DNA of 61,688 bases from a virus. The notes under the pieces were generated by a model. That model ran no database searches. It was not told where the DNA came from and saw nothing but the letters and a program-made list of their open reading frames with translations. Positions 24,234-31,552 of the stretch are shown here, in pieces (the stretch's first letter is position 1; each line of letters begins with the position of its first letter). Position numbers and translations under genes: made by a program. The DNA lies in the IMG/VR virus record IMGVR_UViG_3300044620_001837; one strand, given 5' to 3'.

Positions 24234-25355
24234 ATGACCCTTAATTTTTTAGTCACAACCCGCGCGGAAGTTCTCAACGCCAAGATTGAAGAAATCGGAG
24301 AATGTTCAGTAATCATGATCGATGGAACTGTCCCTGGATGGAAACCCCGATCAAGGGATTGGCATTTTGATCACCATCGACCGGGAGGCGAAAAGATCCA
24401 AATCGATGACATCGAAAAAACAATTGAAATTAACGCGGAAATGGGGATAGATCTTCCTTCTCAATTCCCGAAAGAGAAAGACAACAATATCCTTTTTTGC
24501 ACCACCCAATTAGACGCTGACGCTATCTGTAGCGCAGTGCATTTGTACATGGCGTATCTAGGGACAAGTGAAAAAGAGAGCCAATATCTTTGGAATCAAG
24601 ACAATGCCGAAATGAAGCTCTGCGCCATTTCCTACGATTGCGATCACCTTGCCGTCCCGTTTCTTCTATCCAAGTACGCCGATTTTGCCGCTCAATGTGT
24701 AGCGGGGATGAAGTGTGAATCGGACGATCTTGCAATCGATCTGGATATGCCCAAAGATCGACGGGAATGGACAATCGAAGATAAGGAATACTTTCATTCC
24801 CGCGCGTTTGAGCGGTCGTTCTGGAATCTTGTCAAAGCTATCGAGGGAAAAGATAATTGGCCGTGTGATCACCCGAAAGTCGATGAATACTGGGAAAAGG
24901 TCAAAGGATTCACAGATCAGCTAATCGAAGAAAATCGGATCACCTTTTATAAAGGTTGTGCGATAGTCACAATGTCGGGATTGGGAGAAACCTACATCGA
25001 TCCCCGTTGTGTTTATCAGTCGATTGATCGCATGATCGATAATTATTATGATATTTTTCCCATCATCCTTACGATGCACGATGTAATCGTAACCAAAAAA
25101 ATTGACAAATTTACTAGCAAAAAATTCGTTGGCAACAAGTACACTCTTGCCTGCAATCCATATCACCCTGATGCCGAAACCGAAAAAATCAACTTTGCAA
25201 GGTTAACTTACTCCGTACTTTCGGAAGCCGAAAAATTCTACGATCCAGATGCAGAAGGATGGAGTGGTCGTGCCACGGTCGGCGAATCGAATGCCTGCTC
25301 TAACTTATCACCTCCCACGGTGATCGAGATCATTTTAAAGACTTGTCGTTTTTAA
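24234..25355 (+). CDS. Hypothetical protein, possible nuclease partner of RecT (DHH-like motif)
   Basis: I chose ATG 24234 because AGGAG lies 8 nt upstream (the ORF track starts at a TTG at 24186). It contains WHFDHHRPGG and TQLDADAICSA. The functional idea is positional only. Confidence 0.45.
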   Translation: MTLNFLVTTRAEVLNAKIEEIGECSVIMIDGTVPGWKPRSRDWHFDHHRPGGEKIQIDDIEKTIEINAEMGIDLPSQFPKEKDNNILFCTTQLDADAICSAVHLYMAYLGTSEKESQYLWNQDNAEMKLCAISYDCDHLAVPFLLSKYADFAAQCVAGMKCESDDLAIDLDMPKDRREWTIEDKEYFHSRAFERSFWNLVKAIEGKDNWPCDHPKVDEYWEKVKGFTDQLIEENRITFYKGCAIVTMSGLGETYIDPRCVYQSIDRMIDNYYDIFPIILTMHDVIVTKKIDKFTSKKFVGNKYTLACNPYHPDAETEKINFARLTYSVLSEAEKFYDPDAEGWSGRATVGESNACSNLSPPTVIEIILKTCRF

Positions 25356-25465
25356 TTTTAATAGTGTCAAAATTATTTGCTAATCCTGACATGAACGAGA
25401 TTGAGTAACTAAAGCGCCGTGTCTACCATTTAAAAACTCAGATCAATCTATTGTCCCAAGTCTAT

Positions 25466-26044
25466 CTAGATTTGAAGTCCGATCAATGGGTAGACGCTCA
25501 AGAATGTTGCGAGAGACTTAAAATCTCTCGCAATTGCTTGAAAATCCGAAATTTTAGCAAAAAGTGCCTGTAGTTCCCCGACAATAATCGGGGCTTTAAC
25601 CTGAATGTCGGCATTTCGGAATATCTCGGCCGCTAGATTGGGATTTAGGTTCGGCTGTCCCTGTTTGCGATAATTAGGGTCTTTTGTAAATTCGCTAATT
25701 GAATCCCACTCACCATTTAGGTAGGTTACGAACGAATCTGTGTCAAGCCCAAATACTGCAGCCAAGAGTCGCATATTTCCAAGATCGGGACAAGAGGCAA
25801 TGCGGGTGACTTCCCAGTTTTGGATCGCCCCAACAGATACTCTTGCCCCGGGGATTTTTAGCCTTGCTCCTTCCGCTTCGATCCAATCCGTAAAAGCTTC
25901 TTGGGTCATCCCCAAATTTTCTCGTTTTTCTTTGAGACATTTGCCGAGGCGTTCAATTCCATGCTCGGTTAACGCAGAAGATTTTGTGCGCTTCCTCGGA
26001 ACTTTTTCGCCTTTTTCGTTGGTAACAGTACGCGATACAGCCAT
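25466..26044 (-). CDS. XRE-family HTH transcriptional regulator (CI-like repressor candidate)
   Basis: LGMTQEAFTDWI...VSVGAIQNWE is an HTH_XRE core. The gene is divergent from a small RHH gene. No S24 peptidase motif was seen. Confidence 0.7.
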   Translation of the reverse strand: MAVSRTVTNEKGEKVPRKRTKSSALTEHGIERLGKCLKEKRENLGMTQEAFTDWIEAEGARLKIPGARVSVGAIQNWEVTRIASCPDLGNMRLLAAVFGLDTDSFVTYLNGEWDSISEFTKDPNYRKQGQPNLNPNLAAEIFRNADIQVKAPIIVGELQALFAKISDFQAIARDFKSLATFLSVYPLIGLQI

Positions 26045-26190
26045 ATCAACTTTCTAGTGTGTATGTTAATGGAATACAAAATATTCTAGCGCGTATTCCA
26101 TAAACACGACAACATAACATAAATGTCAATATTGGACAGACGCTGTGCTATTCTAAGAACAGAGCCATCTATCGCATTACTAGAATTATC
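26045..26190. promoter_or_regulatory. Divergent switch region between the repressor-like and Cro-like genes
   Basis: Inverted repeat TGGAATAC (26070-26077) N15 GTATTCCA (26093-26100). ATTCTAG/CTAGAAT boxes lie at 26083-26089 and 26180-26186, with a variant ATTCTAA at 26150-26156. On the minus strand, TTGACA is at 26129-26124 and TAGAAT at 26089-26084. Confidence 0.5.
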
Positions 26191-26424
26191 ATGACTGCCA
26201 AACTAAAATCTCCCGCCACAAAATTTTCCTCGTACATTGATTCCGATCTCTGGGATCGTGTCGGGGAGAGGGAAAAACAGACGGGAAAAACCAAAAGAGA
26301 GCTTTTAGAGTCAGCTATCACTTTATATCTCTCGATTCCCCCAGAAATCGAACAGGAAATCAAGAAAGAAGCTGATTCTTTTTATGTTTCCAAGCTTCGT
26401 AAAAAAATTAGACAGATTACTTAA
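26191..26424 (+). CDS. Ribbon-helix-helix (CopG/Arc-like) protein, a Cro-analogue candidate
   Basis: KFSSYIDSDLWDRVGEREKQTGKTKRELLESAITLYL fits a beta-strand/helix/helix RHH pattern. Confidence 0.6.
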   Translation: MTAKLKSPATKFSSYIDSDLWDRVGEREKQTGKTKRELLESAITLYLSIPPEIEQEIKKEADSFYVSKLRKKIRQIT

Positions 26425-26544
26425 GATTACTTTCTGTAGTATTCCTTTGTCAGGAATTTTCTGTTAGGATTTTTAATAGAATCTTTTCGGGAGAATTCCG
26501 ATGTCCAATAAAAAAACTCGCGGGGAGCGAGTTCCAAAACACAA

Positions 26545-29370
26545 ATGTATCTTATGAATACTATGATAACACACAATCGCGTCAAGTTGCAACCCTGCCC
26601 CCACTGCGGGAATCGAAACGAAACAAATTACTGTTACGGATTCACATCGGATGAGGGAAATCTGCTCTCTGTCTGCAAGCGAGGAGCGGAACCCGGCGAG
26701 GGGTGGGAGAAGTCGGGAAAAACCGACAGCGCGGGCGATTCTATCTACTATTTGAAGCGTGACAAGAAGTTTTCAGAATTTAAGAAAGAGAAAACCACCT
26801 ACTACGCCTATCCCAAGCTTGCCAACGGCACGATCGTCCAAGTGTACCGGAAGGATTACCAAGAAGACGGGCGATGGAAAAAAGAAATTCGTCAGCAACA
26901 CTCGACAAACAACGGGAAAACGTGGAATTGGAACCTGCAAGGCATTAACTACAGCGAGATTCCCCTTTACCATGCCGAACGACTGAAGAAAGCGATCGGG
27001 GTGGGAACTCCGATTCTAGTAGTCGAGGGAGAGAACAAGGTAGAGAAGTTAGAAGCGATGGGATTCGTCGCCACCTGTAGCCTCGGCGGGGCGGGAAAAT
27101 GGCAACCATCACACTCGGAATTTTTGAAGGGAGCGAAACTAATTCTCTGCCCAGACCGGGATAATCCTGGCGTGAAGCACGTTCAGCGCATCTATCAAGA
27201 TTTTCCCGACGCTCGCTTCCTGTACGCCTACCCCGATTCCCCATTGTGGGATCATCTTCCCGAATCCGGAGGATGCGATTTAATCGATTGGATCGAGGAA
27301 ACAAAAGCCACAAAAGAGCAAGTCTTGGCGGGTGTAGTCGATACCCCGAAAGAATTACGGGTTAGGGAGCCTAAAAGCAAACCCACAGAGCAACTGCTAT
27401 CCCTAGAGGATATCGTCCCCGCCATTGACGCAGCGATCGAACAACACCTGACCCTTACTAAGTGGGAAGCGAAGATACATGAGTGGGCAAAACTCACGGG
27501 CAAGACACCGAGCGATATTCGCGAACTGAAAAAGGCACGGGAACGGGAACTAGAAGAGTCAGAACGGATCGACACGGGAATAACTGACTTTCTCCAGAAT
27601 AATCACTATCGGCAAGACAAGCTCGATATATTCAAGATCGTTCCCCGCCCCCTCGCCGAAGCTCTAGATTCACGGGCTAAGACGATCAACCAGCCATCGA
27701 TCCGACTACTGCATTCGCTCTGGCCGGTCATGGGCGCAATCCTCGGTTCTCGATTTGCTGTCAATCTCCGCACAGCGAGAAACTCCAGGAATTGTTGGAA
27801 AGAATCCCCAATCTTTTACATGGCGGATGTAGATTATCCGAGCGGCGGAAAAACCACGACACAGAAGCAGATTTACCGCGTTTTGAAGGAACGGGATAAA
27901 GTCGAGCAAATGCGAGTGGATCAAGAAGAGGTACACCTTGAAGACTTAAAGTCCTCATGGGCTGAAATGACCCGCGAGGAACGCAAGGAGAACATCACAA
28001 ATCCTAGCGTTAACCCGCGCCTTTACGAGCGAGAACACTGCAAGGCTAAACGATGGGTCTACGATCATGGAACCCTAGATGCAATTCTAAAATCGATTTC
28101 CTTGCAGTCCCCGTGGCAAGGTTCGGTATGGCTGGCCGACGAACTAACCGGGCTATTTGACGGGATGAACCAGTACAAGAGCGGCGGAAAGGGAAGTGAT
28201 CGCCAGAAATTACTAGAGGCTTGGAACGATCCGCTACAATTCACTTTTGACCGCGTAAACCGCGAGAGTCGGTACAGCATGAACGGGCAAACCCTTAATA
28301 TATTGGGGGGGATACAAGTCGGAAAACTTCGGAAGTACCTCGATCTTTCCGATGATGTGGATGGGCTAGTTTCCCGGTTTCATTTTTTGATCAACGAACC
28401 GCTCGATCCCGTCCCCGGTCGCCCGCCAATGGACGAGAACTCGGTCGAGGACTTGATACTAGAAGCGTTTAATCGGGTAAGCGGTATCGAGCTAGAAATC
28501 GGGGAAAGCGGTGTCGAACGTTACGATCTTTGGTTTACCGAGAAAGGCGAAACTTTTGCATGGGACGTGAATCACCGCTACAACAATCTCGTTAAGCAAA
28601 ATCGAGCCAAAAACCCCGCTTTTACGGCGTACATCGGGAAACAGATGAAAGAGTTTTTGCGGTTTGCTATTACCATCCACTTGCTGAATTGGATTTACGA
28701 TCCCGAACACACCGATCTTTACAAAATCCCCGTCCAGACCGCAGCGAAAGCGGCCGCCGTGACCGATTTTTATATCAACCAATTTCTCGCTATTCAGGGC
28801 ATCACCGGGGGCGACGATCAGAATCCCATTCAGGGTATTCTGCATGAAATCTGGGAAATCGTGAGAACTTTTGGCAAAATTACGACCCGCGAGGTTCACC
28901 AAAAATTTCAGAGCCGGAAGATTGACGGGCAAAAGATGAACTCTGGACTCGCTCTTGAACTACTCAGTCAATTGCAGAAAGCCGGACACGGACGGCTTGA
29001 GGGAAAAACTCTACACTTCCAAGAGCCACAAGCGATCGCCGTAGAAGAAATAGTATTCGAGGAAGAAGAGTTTACTGTTCTAGCTTCGGAGCAAAAGACC
29101 GAACCGCCCCGCCCCGAAGAATACTCGGCTGATGGTGTACACCTTGACAGTTTGCCAAATTTTGAGCGGCAGGAAGTTCTGATCCGAACCGCAGAACCGA
29201 TAGACACGGGAGAGCGAACTATTCCGACCCGAACGATCGCCCGAATCGTGGGCGTGACCATCGACACGATCGGCAATTGGCTGATTGAAGCAGAAGCTCG
29301 AATAGGTGAGGCTGTGGCTCGGTTTAGTTTGCCGTTCGGAAGTTGTTATGTGAACGACGTGGGGACGTGA
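26545..29370 (+). CDS. Bifunctional Toprim primase / P-loop helicase (P4-alpha / DUF3987-like)
   Basis: Zn-binding CPHCGN...C. Toprim motifs ILVVEGENKVEKL and ILCPDRDNPG. P-loop YPSGGKTTTQ. 941 aa. Confidence 0.75.
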   Translation: MYLMNTMITHNRVKLQPCPHCGNRNETNYCYGFTSDEGNLLSVCKRGAEPGEGWEKSGKTDSAGDSIYYLKRDKKFSEFKKEKTTYYAYPKLANGTIVQVYRKDYQEDGRWKKEIRQQHSTNNGKTWNWNLQGINYSEIPLYHAERLKKAIGVGTPILVVEGENKVEKLEAMGFVATCSLGGAGKWQPSHSEFLKGAKLILCPDRDNPGVKHVQRIYQDFPDARFLYAYPDSPLWDHLPESGGCDLIDWIEETKATKEQVLAGVVDTPKELRVREPKSKPTEQLLSLEDIVPAIDAAIEQHLTLTKWEAKIHEWAKLTGKTPSDIRELKKARERELEESERIDTGITDFLQNNHYRQDKLDIFKIVPRPLAEALDSRAKTINQPSIRLLHSLWPVMGAILGSRFAVNLRTARNSRNCWKESPIFYMADVDYPSGGKTTTQKQIYRVLKERDKVEQMRVDQEEVHLEDLKSSWAEMTREERKENITNPSVNPRLYEREHCKAKRWVYDHGTLDAILKSISLQSPWQGSVWLADELTGLFDGMNQYKSGGKGSDRQKLLEAWNDPLQFTFDRVNRESRYSMNGQTLNILGGIQVGKLRKYLDLSDDVDGLVSRFHFLINEPLDPVPGRPPMDENSVEDLILEAFNRVSGIELEIGESGVERYDLWFTEKGETFAWDVNHRYNNLVKQNRAKNPAFTAYIGKQMKEFLRFAITIHLLNWIYDPEHTDLYKIPVQTAAKAAAVTDFYINQFLAIQGITGGDDQNPIQGILHEIWEIVRTFGKITTREVHQKFQSRKIDGQKMNSGLALELLSQLQKAGHGRLEGKTLHFQEPQAIAVEEIVFEEEEFTVLASEQKTEPPRPEEYSADGVHLDSLPNFERQEVLIRTAEPIDTGERTIPTRTIARIVGVTIDTIGNWLIEAEARIGEAVARFSLPFGSCYVNDVGT

Positions 29371-29375
29371 TCCCG

Positions 29376-29588
29376 ATGATTGGAGAATATTGTGAATCAC
29401 GCCATCCAGATCGCCGTTACCGAGTGAATTCTTTCGGACAAACATTTAAAGTTTGCAAACCAATTGGAACGATAAAAACCGCACTCGGAATCTATTACCA
29501 TTTCGAGTCAGTCGATCCCGAATTCCCCGAATGGAAGGGACACAAATTCTATTGTTTTCGGAAGGAAGATTTTACGGAAATTACTTGA
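29376..29588 (+). CDS. Hypothetical protein
   Basis: ATG 29376 lies just after the primase stop. The stop TGA is embedded in the -35 of P4. Confidence 0.4.
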   Translation: MIGEYCESRHPDRRYRVNSFGQTFKVCKPIGTIKTALGIYYHFESVDPEFPEWKGHKFYCFRKEDFTEIT

Positions 29589-29613
29589 CAATTCAAGAAA
29601 AGATTGATATGAT
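29585..29613 (+). promoter_or_regulatory. Sigma70-type promoter P4 (cassette)
   Basis: TTGACA-ATTCAAGAAAAGATTGA-TATGAT, followed by TTAATTAAT as in P5. Confidence 0.75.
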
Positions 29614-29643
29614 TTAATTAATGGAAACACTTAAGGAGCATCA

Positions 29644-29841
29644 ATGAAATCTTTATTAAATGAAAGCGGACAAACTCTTTCCTATCTAGCCCTTTGGTAT
29701 CGGGAACAATACTACTCTAAAGCAAGGGGCGACCTCGACCCCACTGGAAAGTTAAAAAAACAAATCTTATCTCACAAACTCAACGAGATAAATGCACACC
29801 TAAAACGCTTTGGAATTTGTCCAGTCAAGTTAAATCCCTAA
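29644..29841 (+). CDS. Hypothetical protein
   Basis: 65-aa ORF with AAGGAG 8 nt upstream, immediately after P4. Confidence 0.5.
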   Translation: MKSLLNESGQTLSYLALWYREQYYSKARGDLDPTGKLKKQILSHKLNEINAHLKRFGICPVKLNP

Positions 29842-29857
29842 AACAAGGAGTATCAAA

Positions 29858-30049
29858 ATGAAAGAAAAAGAAAAAGCTATTTCTTGGGAATCCATAAAGG
29901 AACACGATCCCGAAAATCCCAAAGGGATTGTCAAACAAGTCGAAGAAAGAGAGTCTGTCGAGCGATTTAAAGCGCATTTAGCAATGTGCAAGTTTAACGC
30001 TAAGGAATGGAGAATGAAGTATAGAGAAGAATCAACACGAGGAAATTAG
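29858..30049 (+). CDS. Hypothetical protein
   Basis: 63-aa ORF with an AAGGAG-type RBS. Confidence 0.5.
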   Translation: MKEKEKAISWESIKEHDPENPKGIVKQVEERESVERFKAHLAMCKFNAKEWRMKYREESTRGN

Positions 30050-30239
30050 AATAACCGATCTCGATCAGGAATAAAAATCACTCTAACCCCTCGACCTTTC
30101 TTTCTCTCTTATCAATTGCAGATCGAGGGGATCGGAGATGGCTATCTCTGTTTTCCAAAAACCCGCGCAAGGGCATTGCGAGACATTTTGAATCAATTGC
30201 CGTTACGATTAAAGATGGAAAACTGGAGATTAGAATCCC

Positions 30240-30548
30240 ATGAAATCAGAAAAACCCAAAACTGTAGCAAATTTAAAAGTTGGCGATACAGTAATTTTGT
30301 TTAACCTTGAACCTCTATTCATAGAGGGGGTTATAAAATCTATATCGCCAGTAGGCAAAAGAAGTCTTTTGCTAATACGAATAACGGGCAAATACCAAAA
30401 CAAATCGCTTGGCGCTTATCGGAGCGTCAGACATTACGACACCTTTGAATTGTTAAATAGCGATATGCCCTTATCGGCTTATGGTACTATCGCACTAAAA
30501 GAGGTTCACCAACCTCGCCCTGAAAGAGACGAGGATTGTCTGGGCTAA
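30240..30548 (+). CDS. Hypothetical protein
   Basis: 102-aa ORF with no recognisable motif. Confidence 0.45.
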   Translation: MKSEKPKTVANLKVGDTVILFNLEPLFIEGVIKSISPVGKRSLLLIRITGKYQNKSLGAYRSVRHYDTFELLNSDMPLSAYGTIALKEVHQPRPERDEDCLG

Positions 30549-30695
30549 TTCGGACAACGTAAGCGGTGAATAGCCCGTCGAGCCGTTAGATGTCACAGAC
30601 CTCCGAATACTTCCCTAGTTCGGATTTCCTCTAAGCCTTATTGGTAGCTATCGCTAAAGGGCGGGGGTTCAAACCCAAATTTTCGATGAATTAAA

Positions 30696-31547
30696 ATGCA
30701 AAACCTAGACAGTAAAACATTTTTTGCCTTTGGCGGCGGCGTTCAGTCAACCGCTATAGCCCTTCTATTAATTCATGAACCCCACAAACTACTCGATCTT
30801 GGATTAACTCTCCCGAAAACAATTATTTTTGCCGACACAGGAGCGGAACCGAAAGCGATTTACGATCACGTTAACCAAATATTTGAAATGCTGTCAAGAG
30901 CCGAGTATGACACGGTAGTAGTTCAGCGCATTGAAAAAAATGGATCAATCATTCCAATTCACGAGCAATGGTGGGGACTCGCTTCTATTCCATGGTTTAC
31001 AAGGTCGTTAGATGGTCAAGTCGGAATGCTAAAAAGGCAGTGTACCGAAGAATTTAAAATTAAGCCGATCCAAAAAGAAATCCGCGCCAGACTGGGATAC
31101 AAAAAAGGTCAAAGAATCCCACCCCTGACCGCTAAACTTTGGCTCGGAATTTCTGTTGATGAACAGAGAAGAGCGAAAATTAATCAAGATAAGTGGCTCA
31201 ACAACAAACACCCGCTTATTTATCTAGGGTGGAATCGCAACGATTGCGCCGTTTACAATTACCTTCATCTAAATCGGAACGTATCAAAATCATCATGTTT
31301 CTTCTGTCCGTTTAAGCATCGACAAGAATGGATGCGAATGAGGCAAGAAGAACCCGATGAATTTGCTCGGGCTGTAGAAGTTGACAAAAAAATTCGGCAT
31401 TTAGTAACTATTGGCAAATGCCGACAAGATGTTTTTGTTCATTCGTCAGGCTTGCCACTAGAAGATGCCGTACTAGATCAATTATCTCTTCCGCTTGGAA
31501 TCGATTACGGCTTCGGAAAAGAATGTGCAGGGCATTGTGGAGTATAA
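30696..31547 (+). CDS. PAPS reductase / PP-loop ATP-pyrophosphatase family protein
   Basis: The N-terminal PP-loop variant is FAFGGGVQSTAIALLL. Cys motifs SSCFFCPF and ECAGHCGV are present. 283 aa. Confidence 0.7.
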   Translation: MQNLDSKTFFAFGGGVQSTAIALLLIHEPHKLLDLGLTLPKTIIFADTGAEPKAIYDHVNQIFEMLSRAEYDTVVVQRIEKNGSIIPIHEQWWGLASIPWFTRSLDGQVGMLKRQCTEEFKIKPIQKEIRARLGYKKGQRIPPLTAKLWLGISVDEQRRAKINQDKWLNNKHPLIYLGWNRNDCAVYNYLHLNRNVSKSSCFFCPFKHRQEWMRMRQEEPDEFARAVEVDKKIRHLVTIGKCRQDVFVHSSGLPLEDAVLDQLSLPLGIDYGFGKECAGHCGV

Positions 31548-31552
31548 GCAAA

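Noticed and set aside
30116-30304. 62-aa ORF overlapping the start of 30240..30548
   Set aside because: It starts with a non-ATG codon inside an inverted repeat (CCCCTCGA...TCGAGGGG, ~30095-30135) and overlaps a better ORF. Probably non-coding.
30661-30680. GGGGGTTCAAACCC, a possible tRNA T-arm
   Set aside because: Only 3 stem base pairs can form around a 7-nt loop, and no acceptor, D or anticodon arms could be built on either strand. It is not a tRNA gene, and I keep it only as a low-interest structured region.
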